A stretch of DNA of 30,101 nucleotides from IMG/VR virus record IMGVR_UViG_3300027212_000025, positions 1 through 30,101 of that record. One strand, written 5' to 3'. The DNA is from a virus. Its lineage: Duplodnaviria > Caudoviricetes. Under the pieces are notes generated by a model, which was not told the DNA's origin, did no database searches, and was given only the letters and a program-made list of their open reading frames with translations. The first letter of the stretch is position 1, and each line of letters opens with the position of its first letter. Below, piece after piece: positions 15,619 to 24,387 of this stretch. A program made the translations under genes and the position numbers.

Positions 15619-16044
15619 CTATTTTAAATCATCTAAGGTTTCTTTACCTCTTTTGGCAAACTTAACAAACTTATCCCATACATTAACTCCTGTAACACTA
15701 AAGTAACTTTCGTTGATACTTTTAACTTCCGTGTAAACGCAGAACGTAGTAAACGCTTTTGTCATTAGTAAATCAATAGCGATGAAGTGTCCTAAGATAT
15801 CCGCTACAACGTATTTTTCTAGTAAGAAGATAAACACAATAGCACCACTATATAAAAGGCTCTTAGAAATGGTGTGAGATAGTCTACGGGAGCGAATTGA
15901 TTTCCATCCGCTTTTTCGTACTGAACGCCAAATGCCAAAAAACGTATCTAAGATAATTGCTATAACTGCGATTAAAACTAAAGGCTTTACAGGAGTAAGA
16001 ATTGTAAGCACCGAAAAAACGAGGAGAGATAATTTAGTTTTCAT
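15619..16044 (-). CDS. Holin (phage holin family 4-like)
   Basis: Hydrophobic segments, DTFFG...SRRLSHTISK...EVKSINES pattern; upstream of the endolysin. Confidence 0.8.
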   Translation of the reverse strand: MKTKLSLLVFSVLTILTPVKPLVLIAVIAIILDTFFGIWRSVRKSGWKSIRSRRLSHTISKSLLYSGAIVFIFLLEKYVVADILGHFIAIDLLMTKAFTTFCVYTEVKSINESYFSVTGVNVWDKFVKFAKRGKETLDDLK

Positions 16045-16145
16045 TTTGATAATTCGTGTTTATTTAGTTTAGCGAGAAAAACACGAAGTTTCTCAACGTT
16101 TGTTTCTTTAGGTTTGTAAGCACCTAGCTTAATTCGTTTTTTCAT
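16041..16145 (-). CDS. Small basic protein (34 aa, not in ORF track)
   Basis: MKKRIKLGAYKPKETNVEKLRVFLAKLNKHELSK; ATGA overlaps on both sides. Confidence 0.6.
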   Translation of the reverse strand: MKKRIKLGAYKPKETNVEKLRVFLAKLNKHELSK

Positions 16146-16642
16146 ATATACCAACCTGTATAATTATTCATTGAATCAGGGAAGATATCATTGTTCTTGT
16201 TTGAACGATACTCAGGAAACAAAGTCTGATTGAAAGACATATAATCAATAAATCTCTGTGTGTAACTTTGAGCAATACTTCTTTCCTTTTCTAGTAAATA
16301 GTCAACTTCGTTTTTATCTACGTTCTCAGAGTTCTCAGACGAGTGTTTGTAAACGCCTTTGTTTGCAATTGTATAAGCTGCGAAGGGTAAATATTCTACC
16401 ATTCCCCAATGAATCAACATCGGTTTCACGTAAGTGGTAACCAAAGACAAATAGTTACCTGCAAGAGTTCCTGCGATAATATCAGCTTGTAGCTTTTGGA
16501 ATAGTTTTGTACCTAAGTAATTCTGTATGTGAATATCTTGAGCTATCTTGATAAATTGAATGAACTTATCCGTGTCCACGTTGCCATTTAAAGCCGTGTA
16601 ACGAACGATATCATCTCTAGTGATAAATAGTGCTTCTGCCAT
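16142..16642 (-). CDS. Putative head-tail adaptor/connector protein
   Basis: 166 aa helical protein immediately after the portal gene. Confidence 0.55.
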   Translation of the reverse strand: MAEALFITRDDIVRYTALNGNVDTDKFIQFIKIAQDIHIQNYLGTKLFQKLQADIIAGTLAGNYLSLVTTYVKPMLIHWGMVEYLPFAAYTIANKGVYKHSSENSENVDKNEVDYLLEKERSIAQSYTQRFIDYMSFNQTLFPEYRSNKNNDIFPDSMNNYTGWYI

Positions 16643-18426
16643 TAGTTAAATCTATTGTTGGTTGGTAAAAAGCCTTGATTTGGCATATCTACGGGACGCA
16701 TTGCAACTTGCTGAGGATTTCTCACTCGGTAACCTGCTTTCTCTGCTTTGTTAGTGCTTATTGTTTTTGCATTAGGACTTAACGGGTCAATTCCACGTCC
16801 TTCTTCAAAGGCAACGAATGTTTGACGCATCCATTTATGATGACAAGCACCTCCACCTTTGTAAAGGAAAATATCATAGGTATCTGCACCTCTTGCTCCC
16901 CAACCTGCGTTAACTACTTCTCTGCTCATTCTTTGAATATCCTCTTTGCGATAAACTTTATTTGCAGCAACCATCTTTTTGCAGAACTCACGAGTATTGT
17001 CTTTTACTCCTCCGTCGTATCGGTAACGAGTAATAAACTTGAATCCATCAACAGTTTTATCTTGTTCTGATTTAGCTCTAGGATTAGCAGTACCTGTACT
17101 TACAAAATTGTAAACTTTAGATAGTAAAGATTGACTAGGATTGTTAGCATTTTCAATTTCTAAATCTATTGCGTCCTCTTGGTCGTAATCAACTTCAAAT
17201 TCATCAATTAAAAGCCAATTTTCACTTGGTTCTTCACCGCACTCAATAAGAGCATTAGCAATTTCTTTATCCATTTTGCTTAACTGCGTTCCATCTGTTC
17301 CTGTTTCCTCAGCAACTTGTTCTGCAGTTTGCGTGTTCTCTAAGTCTACAAACTCCAAAGGTTGTAATGTACGGAAGAATAGTTTTAAGCTGATTCCGTT
17401 AAACGCTAAAATTGAATCAAATGCCTCTAAGATTTCTTCTTGGAATGGACGAATAACCATATTGTCAAACAAGATAGCAGAGTTTTTAAGCTCGTCTGCG
17501 TTGGAACTGAATCCATTTGAACTAGCAACCCCAAATAATAGCGGAGAAGTAACGTTGTGTCCTAGCATAATCTTGCGTAAACACTCCTCAGATAAATAAG
17601 TGTAGTGTTCAGGAGCATCGTTTAAAGGAATGTCATCTACCGTAGTCTTAGATTCGGCATTGTCGTTAAATGCTACGATTACTTTTTGTCCTCTTGAACC
17701 TGTTAGCTTGTTCATTACTTTAGAAGTAATCATTGACTGTTGCTCCTCAGTAGGCACTCCGTTGTTGAAGTTTACTACTTTAGTTCCCGAAAATCCGTTT
17801 TGAACTTCGTTGATTAAGTAATCAGCTATTTCCTCCTCAAGTAATGCATATGGAAGTGAACCTTGATAGTCAACATAACTATAATATTTCATCCCTACTG
17901 AATAAGGCTTAGAAAATAGTATTTCTACTTTCTCTTTGCTAAATCCAAATGCAGGGATTCTTTTAGGTGCGTATTTTTTAACGTCTGTCCAATCATCAGA
18001 ATAGTAATATCCTTCGATTTCTCCGTCTTTATTGCATTTCTCAGCACGAAGTAAGTTTACAGGCATATGATACGCCTTTAAAATCTTTTCGTGTCTTTCA
18101 TCGTAGTGTACTTGCACTGCAAATTGACCTAACATCTTTCTGTCTAGAACAATCTTACGGATATCATCCTTGCTAAACAAAGACATCATTTGAGCATACT
18201 CGTTCGGTTTACGATTAGCATCTAAAGCACTTAGTCCTTTTCCATAAACAAGACGTGCAATGTTGTTTATAATTGCCGAGTTCGTAGTTGAGTTTGTGTA
18301 TCTGTCTATCAAAAACGAATAGTAATTATTGTCCTCACCGTATTCAACCCAATTATCACGTTTGGATTCTTGGATTACAGGCGTTGTGTAAGCACTTAGG
18401 CTTAAGATATGTAAGTTATCACTCAT
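16642..18426 (-). CDS. Portal protein with additional C-terminal (MuF-like) domain
   Basis: N-terminal ~360 aa portal-like (NGFSG, IMLGHNVTSPLLFG, IRPFQ); acidic linker; C-terminal REFC...GGGACHHKW. Confidence 0.75.
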   Translation of the reverse strand: MSDNLHILSLSAYTTPVIQESKRDNWVEYGEDNNYYSFLIDRYTNSTTNSAIINNIARLVYGKGLSALDANRKPNEYAQMMSLFSKDDIRKIVLDRKMLGQFAVQVHYDERHEKILKAYHMPVNLLRAEKCNKDGEIEGYYYSDDWTDVKKYAPKRIPAFGFSKEKVEILFSKPYSVGMKYYSYVDYQGSLPYALLEEEIADYLINEVQNGFSGTKVVNFNNGVPTEEQQSMITSKVMNKLTGSRGQKVIVAFNDNAESKTTVDDIPLNDAPEHYTYLSEECLRKIMLGHNVTSPLLFGVASSNGFSSNADELKNSAILFDNMVIRPFQEEILEAFDSILAFNGISLKLFFRTLQPLEFVDLENTQTAEQVAEETGTDGTQLSKMDKEIANALIECGEEPSENWLLIDEFEVDYDQEDAIDLEIENANNPSQSLLSKVYNFVSTGTANPRAKSEQDKTVDGFKFITRYRYDGGVKDNTREFCKKMVAANKVYRKEDIQRMSREVVNAGWGARGADTYDIFLYKGGGACHHKWMRQTFVAFEEGRGIDPLSPNAKTISTNKAEKAGYRVRNPQQVAMRPVDMPNQGFLPTNNRFN

Positions 18427-18751
18427 AAACTATGAAAGTGTTTGTTGTGGCATTAGAAGTATATGTTCCGTTGTTTACGGAGAATGTTGCAATGGATTGA
18501 TTAGTACAGAAAATTTTATCCTTGTGACAGATAGTTGCACCGTTTGAAAGTAATAACGTGTAAGTGTGATTATCTACTAAAGCAAATGTTGCAGTAATCG
18601 TGTTTACATAGCCACCTTGAGTTGAACTTGTAATGCCAACCGTAATAGTTACATTAGTCTGTTCGTCTGTAATTGACATCGTAGTGTAATTCTCAAAGCG
18701 AGGAATAAAACTAAAGGTCTGAGCTGATGTAGAAGGCGTTAATACTATCAT
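18419..18751 (-). CDS. Hypothetical virion protein (beta-rich)
   Basis: 110 aa, Thr-rich, first gene after a late promoter. Confidence 0.6.
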   Translation of the reverse strand: MIVLTPSTSAQTFSFIPRFENYTTMSITDEQTNVTITVGITSSTQGGYVNTITATFALVDNHTYTLLLSNGATICHKDKIFCTNQSIATFSVNNGTYTSNATTNTFIVYE

Positions 18752-18755
18752 AGTA

Positions 18756-18785
18756 TATAAACCTTAATATTTGAATTTTGTTGCA
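18756..18785 (-). promoter_or_regulatory. Late promoter TGCAAC-N17-GTTTATA (copy 2)
   Basis: Exact motif 4 nt upstream of ATG 18751, just after a terminator. Confidence 0.8.
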
Positions 18786-18788
18786 AAT

Positions 18789-18813
18789 AAAAAAGGGTAG
18801 CCTAAGCCACCCT
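18789..18813 (-). terminator. Intrinsic terminator after the major tail gene
   Basis: AGGGTGGC-TTAG-GCTACCCT followed by a T-run. Confidence 0.85.
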
Positions 18814-18836
18814 CTTAAAATCTAGAGATTAGAATA

Positions 18837-19394
18837 CTATGAGTTAACGATAGTTGTAGTTGCTCCGAATACTCCCGTAGAACCAATTAAACCTGCTTCT
18901 GTTGTAGCGTCTAATAGATTAGCAAGAATTTTCTCAGTTCCAACGAATGTCAAAGTGTAACCAACTAAATCACCCATTGCAGTTCCGTTTGTTACGTTTG
19001 CAGTAGTTAATTCCATTCCGTGCTCAATACCTGCAAGGAAGAATTGGTTGTTACGTGTTTTGATTACTACGTTAGGACGTCCGTAAGACAATAACTTAAC
19101 TGTCTTGTGTGTAGCAGCGTCTTGTTTTTTCAAAGTAACTGACAATGTTTGCTCTACAAATGATGTTCCGTTTTCACGTGAAGTTGTGATTACTTGGTCA
19201 AATGTATTTGTTCCTTTCAATTGGTACTTGTACAATGAAGTTACGTTAGCAATTGAATCAATCGTGTCTGTTGATGTAACATAAGTTACGTCTGCAGGAA
19301 AAGAGTAATCTCCGTAATTAATGAAGTAGATAGCGTCAATACCACCTACAACGTCTTTACATACTTCTAATCTGCCTGTTGTTATTTCGCACAT
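18837..19394 (-). CDS. Putative major tail (tube) protein
   Basis: 185 aa beta-rich protein (GTAMGDLVGYTLTF) after the capsid gene, followed by a terminator. Confidence 0.6.
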   Translation of the reverse strand: MCEITTGRLEVCKDVVGGIDAIYFINYGDYSFPADVTYVTSTDTIDSIANVTSLYKYQLKGTNTFDQVITTSRENGTSFVEQTLSVTLKKQDAATHKTVKLLSYGRPNVVIKTRNNQFFLAGIEHGMELTTANVTNGTAMGDLVGYTLTFVGTEKILANLLDATTEAGLIGSTGVFGATTTIVNS

Positions 19395-19420
19395 ATTTAT
19401 GTATATTTTTTAGATTAAAC

Positions 19421-19450
19421 AAAAAAGGGAAGGCACTTTACCTCCCCTTT
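19421..19450 (-). terminator. Intrinsic terminator after the major capsid gene
   Basis: GGGGAGGT-aaagt-GCCTTCCC followed by T6. Confidence 0.85.
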
Positions 19451-19470
19451 CAATTATTTGTCTGTTAATT

Positions 19471-20421
19471 TTAGTTAGCAGAGTTTGTGATTCCGTAAGT
19501 AACTACGTCTGATGCAAAACCGTATTTAGCATCTGCAGTGAAACGCATAATTACACGTACATTTTGTGAACCATCCAAATCTCCCATATCTAAAACTTTC
19601 ACTTCATTCATATCGTTCAATAATCCTGTTGCAAAGTACAAGTTAGATTTTTGAGCAAGTAAAGCAGTATTAGAGTTCAATCCGTTAGCCATAAATACAC
19701 GAACACCGTCAAAGAATACATCACCTAAAGTTTGGTTTGTTCCTTTGTTGTCGTAACCATTAGCACCAACTCCTGAAGCAGCAAATCCACCCAAAGCACG
19801 TACATAAGCACGGTAGATGTTGTTTGATACATACAATGTCAAATCTTCTTTTCCGTAGATAGCAGAAGGAGCAGCATCAACGATTTTACCTAACTCAGCA
19901 ATAACGTTAGCAGCAGTAACCGTAGTACCTGCAACTTCTTGAGCAGATGGCAAAGTAGCATCAGTTGTAAGTTGTGTCATAATACCTGCGAATTGACCTG
20001 CAGTTGCGTTAACACCTCTCCAAATAGATACTTCCATTGCAGCAGCAACTTTCTCAGCAGCGTGTGCCAATAAGAAATCTGTAAAGTTTTTCGGCATTAC
20101 TTCGAATGCAGAGTAACCCATTGCGATAGCTTCCCAATCGGAAACGAAATCTTTTTTACACAATTGTAAGTTAACTTGGAACTCCTCAGGTTGAAGGATT
20201 TTCTCAGTTAAAGTAATTGTAGATGTAGCATCAAAATCACAAGTTGCGTTAGCAATGATGTCATCCGTAGCAACACGTTTGATTACTTGTTTGAATTTAA
20301 CATTAGGAACGATAGTGATTCCACCTTTGTCCAATGTTGGTGCAGACAACAACGCTGCTGCGATGTATTTTCCTGCGAACTCACCTGCGTAAGTTGTAGT
20401 AATGCTAGTTGTAGTAGCCAT
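19471..20421 (-). CDS. Major capsid protein
   Basis: 316 aa, Ala/Thr-rich, after the protease and scaffold genes and followed by a terminator. Confidence 0.85.
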   Translation of the reverse strand: MATTTSITTTYAGEFAGKYIAAALLSAPTLDKGGITIVPNVKFKQVIKRVATDDIIANATCDFDATSTITLTEKILQPEEFQVNLQLCKKDFVSDWEAIAMGYSAFEVMPKNFTDFLLAHAAEKVAAAMEVSIWRGVNATAGQFAGIMTQLTTDATLPSAQEVAGTTVTAANVIAELGKIVDAAPSAIYGKEDLTLYVSNNIYRAYVRALGGFAASGVGANGYDNKGTNQTLGDVFFDGVRVFMANGLNSNTALLAQKSNLYFATGLLNDMNEVKVLDMGDLDGSQNVRVIMRFTADAKYGFASDVVTYGITNSAN

Positions 20422-20447
20422 TTTGTTTAAATTTTAAATTGTTAATA

Positions 20448-21035
20448 TTATTTGTTTAATTTTTCAAAGATTGAGTCAATTGTTGAACGTTGTTTGTTTT
20501 TTGCAAAACGGTAAGGCTCAACTTGATTCGTGTTTTCAGGATTAAAACTAATTGGTTTAGGGTCTTCCATAAGTTCGGTTACTTCAGGTGCAACTTCGTC
20601 AACTTTGGAAAGCAATTCCAATTTAGCTTTCAATTCGTTATTTTCATTTTGTAATGCTTCGATTTCTGAAAAGAAAGTTTCTTTAACTACTGATTCAATA
20701 GTTTTCTTTGCAGTCGGTGCAGGTGCTGCTTCTGCTTCAACTTCTACTTCTACTTCAGGAGCTTCTGCTTCGGGAGCAACTTCCTCAACTACTGCTTCTT
20801 TGATTTCAGCAATAATTCCTTCTACTGCAACCACTAAAATCATTCCGTTCTCTAGTTCGTATTCACCAATTGGTAAAGGAATCATTTGCTCGTCAGGAGT
20901 AACAATAAAAACCTCGTTATCCATTTCAAATGCGTCTGCTTCAAGAACTGTAGTCCCATCTATCAACATCATTTGCTCTAATTTCACTTCCATTCCTAAA
21001 AGTGATTTGATTTTGTTAATTGTACTATTTTTCAT
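20448..21035 (-). CDS. Capsid scaffolding protein
   Basis: 195 aa, very acidic, E/A/P linker and coiled coil; directly upstream of the capsid gene. Confidence 0.75.
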   Translation of the reverse strand: MKNSTINKIKSLLGMEVKLEQMMLIDGTTVLEADAFEMDNEVFIVTPDEQMIPLPIGEYELENGMILVVAVEGIIAEIKEAVVEEVAPEAEAPEVEVEVEAEAAPAPTAKKTIESVVKETFFSEIEALQNENNELKAKLELLSKVDEVAPEVTELMEDPKPISFNPENTNQVEPYRFAKNKQRSTIDSIFEKLNK

Positions 21036-21048
21036 TTGTGGTTTTTAA

Positions 21049-21429
21049 TTAGTTAAATAATTTTTTAGCGTTTTCAAGTGCTTTTGCTTTTGCTTGACTT
21101 GATTTTTTTGTTGCTGCTAATTCTTTTTGTCCTGAAACAATATAACTAGGATTAGCTATTCCTAAATTTTTAAATTGTTGTGTAACATCTTCAGCAATTG
21201 TTAAACCCAAATTACAAGTAACTTCATTAGTTCTATAAGCTTGAATTAATTTATCAATTGTACTCATAATGCTTTTAGATAATCCATTTGCAGCATCAAT
21301 TTCTTTTGCAGATTGCATTTGTTTTTTTAATAAATCATCAGGAGTTGCTAGAGCAATTTCGTGTGATGCTAACTCTGTAACTTGAGGCTCAATTGCTGAT
21401 ACCTTGCTAAATACTTCTTTTAAACCCAT
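21049..21429 (-). CDS. Hypothetical helical protein
   Basis: 126 aa, first gene after late promoter copy 3. Confidence 0.7.
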   Translation of the reverse strand: MGLKEVFSKVSAIEPQVTELASHEIALATPDDLLKKQMQSAKEIDAANGLSKSIMSTIDKLIQAYRTNEVTCNLGLTIAEDVTQQFKNLGIANPSYIVSGQKELAATKKSSQAKAKALENAKKLFN

Positions 21430-21444
21430 CTTTTGTCTTTTTTA

Positions 21445-21474
21445 TATAAACTTGTTAATACTTACTTTGTTGCA
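21445..21474 (-). promoter_or_regulatory. Late promoter TGCAAC-N17-GTTTATA (copy 3)
   Basis: Exact motif 15 nt upstream of ATG 21429. Confidence 0.8.
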
Positions 21475-21477
21475 TTT

Positions 21478-21675
21478 TTATCCGTTCTGACGGACTGTAG
21501 TTCTTACTCCTGCATTCTCAGTTATTGTAACTGAATCAATGCCTTGTGTAACTCCTATGCCCTGTGCTTGTAAACTTCCATCGCAACATTTAGTTGAGTA
21601 TGTTCCGTTTTCGCATAGACATCCTCTGCGACCTCCTTTAGGGCTAGAGTAACTTGGTGTTTTAGTTTTGCTCAT
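21478..21675 (-). CDS. Small Cys-rich protein
   Basis: 65 aa, GCLC...KCCDG. Confidence 0.7.
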   Translation of the reverse strand: MSKTKTPSYSSPKGGRRGCLCENGTYSTKCCDGSLQAQGIGVTQGIDSVTITENAGVRTTVRQNG

Positions 21676-22252
21676 CTTCTATAATTATTTGTTTGATTTT
21701 TTCTATTAATAAATCCTCATCCGACATTTGGGACATTTCTAATTTGTCAGCAAAGTAACCCTCGATTGAAAATCCTTTTACTTTACCTTCTTTAACATCG
21801 TTCCATACCTCATCGTTGTTTACCTTCATTGAAATCATCCACGTTCCTTTTGGCAAATCAAAGCCATAAAATCGGGATTTATCCGATTTACTATCGTCAA
21901 TTATCCAACTTTCCACTACTGACATTCCTTTGAGTTTCTTGTCGTGTTCGTAGGTAGCGTTGTTTTGGTTTGAGTTCATTAAGAAAAGCTCTGATGCTTT
22001 GCGAACTGTGTCCTCTGAAAAGTAAATGTAGTATTCCTCTTTCGTCTTTTCGTTTACTCGGTAGATTTGCTTGTTAGGAACTAATGCAGCACCCATAAGA
22101 ATCTTTTTCTCTTTGTCTACTTCTTTTAACTCTATTTCGTGTTTTGATAAGTGAATAAAGTGTTCCTCAATGGCAGGAGAACGCACGACAGAAACTGCGT
22201 CAATTCCGCTTAATGAATCCTTTTCGTCAATTACTAATTCTACAATTTTCAT
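21662..22252 (-). CDS. Prohead serine protease (XkdF/S78-like)
   Basis: GAALVP, EH, ESWI, PKGTW and GKVKGFSIEG motifs. Confidence 0.85.
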   Translation of the reverse strand: MKIVELVIDEKDSLSGIDAVSVVRSPAIEEHFIHLSKHEIELKEVDKEKKILMGAALVPNKQIYRVNEKTKEEYYIYFSEDTVRKASELFLMNSNQNNATYEHDKKLKGMSVVESWIIDDSKSDKSRFYGFDLPKGTWMISMKVNNDEVWNDVKEGKVKGFSIEGYFADKLEMSQMSDEDLLIEKIKQIIIEDEQN

Positions 22253-22256
22253 ATTT

Positions 22257-22286
22257 TATAAACTTAATTATTGTACTAATGTTGCA
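22257..22286 (-). promoter_or_regulatory. Late promoter TGCAAC-N17-GTTTATA (copy 4)
   Basis: Exact motif 4 nt upstream of ATG 22252; the -35 box lies inside the tape measure coding end. Confidence 0.8.
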
Positions 22287-24232
22287 TTTTCAACTCTGTT
22301 TCTATCTAGGCTTTGTGCAGATGTTACATCGCCTGAAACAACGTAAGCCTTTGCAGGTTGTTGTTGTAATTGTGCTAACTGATTGATTCCTGAGTTACCT
22401 ACAACGTTGAAGTTTGGTGATACTACGCCACCTCCTCCGCCACTTCCACCTGAAGGAACGTTACCACTATCACCTCCACCGCCTGGCACTTTTACTGCTG
22501 CAATTGATTTAATATTCTTAAATCCTGCTGCAATTGCCACACCTGCTGCAATAGGAGCTAATGCAGGACCAACTACAGGAACACCAATTGTTGCAGAGTA
22601 TGCTTTTTGAGCTGATAAAAAAGTTTGTATTGTTGCTTCTGCGATTGCTGCTGCTTTACCTGCTTTTGTTTGTTTACCAAATAGTTCTGATATATCACCT
22701 AATACACTTGCAGTTGCAGTTAATGCTTCCTCTTGATTCTTTTTCTTTTTCTCATCTAATGCAATTTCAGCATCTGATATTCTTTTACGAACTTCACCAA
22801 CACCAACTAATCCCTTTTTCTCTTGCTCTTGGAAATCTTTAGTTTTTGATAAAGCACCTGCTTTTAATACAACAAGTTTTTCAGTTCCGTCAAATAAATC
22901 TTTAGCTTGTTTATCTTCTAAATCTTGTAATTCTTTCTTTCTTGCTTTCTCTAAATCAACTGTGTCTTTATTGTACTTTTTGGCTAAGGCAATTTCAGCA
23001 TCATACTTTTCAGTGATAGCACGAACTTGTAACTCGTATTCACTTTTGAAAACATCAGTTGCTTCTTTTTGGTTTTCCTTAATTGCTTCTAACGCTTCTT
23101 TTCGTTTTGCTGCAGCTTCATCATTCATCGCCTTAACGTGGTCTGCTGATGCTTTTGCTGCGTCCGTTTGTTCTTGTCTTACTTCAACTTGATTTTGTTG
23201 AGCTATTGCTTGACGATTCTTGTACGCTTCTTTTAAATCTGTATACTCCTCTTTTAAGGCTTCTCTTGACTTAGTTACTAACTCACGTTGCTTTTCAATT
23301 ACTTCATCGCTTACGCCTAAGTTTTTGTAATTTGCTAACGTGTTTTTCTCCTTTTCGTATGTGTTTCTTGCAGTTGCTAATGTCGCTTTCTCTAATGCAA
23401 TTTCCTCATCTGCGTGTTTTAATGCTAGTTTTCTGATTGCATCGGCACTTGCACCTGATGCTCTAGCCATATTAAGCTCTTGAGCATTTTTATTTTTTAA
23501 GGATTCACTTGCTCTATCACTTGCTGCAATTTGTTTATTTAGTGCGTCCGTGTTTCTCTTGGTTGCGGCAGCAGCAGTATCGTTTGCTTTTGCTGATTCC
23601 TGAAACATCGTTACCAACTTGTAACCAATTGCAATTAAAGCTGCGATTCCAGCAACGATAGCCATAACAGGATTGGCTGCCATAATAGCATTGTACGCTA
23701 AAGTAACTGCGTTAACTACTTTTTGAACAACTGAATTTGCTTTAAGTACCGCACCTAATGACTTGAAACTATTAATGCTTTCTCTTACACCTTCTATTCC
23801 TTGTTGAATAGCCATCGCTGACTGCACCTTTAATAAAGATTCCTCAACTAATGCAGATTCCGCTCCAAACGTACCCATAGCACCCTGAGCAATACTAAAC
23901 CCTGAAGTGATACCTCCTAATGCACCTCCGAGTTTTTGACCCATTGTAGTTGCAGCAGCGTCAACTGCCATATCAGTCTTAATCTGAACTTTGCGATAAT
24001 CTCCGACGGTCTTTAATAAATCCTTGTATTCTTGTGTTGTGGTCTTTCCTGCGTTTGCTAATTCATATAACCTATCCTCAGCTTCACCCATACGAGTGGT
24101 GAGTGGTTGCAGGTCACCATATACGTCTTGAAAACTTGCTGAAACATCATTGGTAGCTTTGGATAAGTTATCCATTGCCTTAACGGCATCTTTAGTATTT
24201 ACATCTATTTCAATTACTTTCTTTTCAGCCAT
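22268..24232 (-). CDS. Tail tape measure protein
   Basis: 654 aa, Ala-rich coiled coil, hydrophobic segments (MAANPVMAIVAGIAALI) and a Gly-rich C-terminal linker. Confidence 0.85.
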   Translation of the reverse strand: MAEKKVIEIDVNTKDAVKAMDNLSKATNDVSASFQDVYGDLQPLTTRMGEAEDRLYELANAGKTTTQEYKDLLKTVGDYRKVQIKTDMAVDAAATTMGQKLGGALGGITSGFSIAQGAMGTFGAESALVEESLLKVQSAMAIQQGIEGVRESINSFKSLGAVLKANSVVQKVVNAVTLAYNAIMAANPVMAIVAGIAALIAIGYKLVTMFQESAKANDTAAAATKRNTDALNKQIAASDRASESLKNKNAQELNMARASGASADAIRKLALKHADEEIALEKATLATARNTYEKEKNTLANYKNLGVSDEVIEKQRELVTKSREALKEEYTDLKEAYKNRQAIAQQNQVEVRQEQTDAAKASADHVKAMNDEAAAKRKEALEAIKENQKEATDVFKSEYELQVRAITEKYDAEIALAKKYNKDTVDLEKARKKELQDLEDKQAKDLFDGTEKLVVLKAGALSKTKDFQEQEKKGLVGVGEVRKRISDAEIALDEKKKKNQEEALTATASVLGDISELFGKQTKAGKAAAIAEATIQTFLSAQKAYSATIGVPVVGPALAPIAAGVAIAAGFKNIKSIAAVKVPGGGGDSGNVPSGGSGGGGGVVSPNFNVVGNSGINQLAQLQQQPAKAYVVSGDVTSAQSLDRNRVENATLVQ

Positions 24233-24387
24233 CAGTTAGGTTTTTTTGTTGCGTGTTTTCTTCTCTCTTGACGTGTCATTTTACGAAAGGATGTTGTGTA
24301 AGCGTATTTTCCTTTTGCGATGTCGATGTTCTCTGATATTCCGTAGAAGTTGTCAATGGATAGCATTGCAATTATGTTCTTTATCAT
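24232..24387 (-). CDS. Hypothetical protein (51 aa, not in ORF track)
   Basis: MIKNIIAMLSIDNFYGISENIDIAKGKY...KKPN; ATGA and TGATG overlaps. Confidence 0.65.
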   Translation of the reverse strand: MIKNIIAMLSIDNFYGISENIDIAKGKYAYTTSFRKMTRQERRKHATKKPN

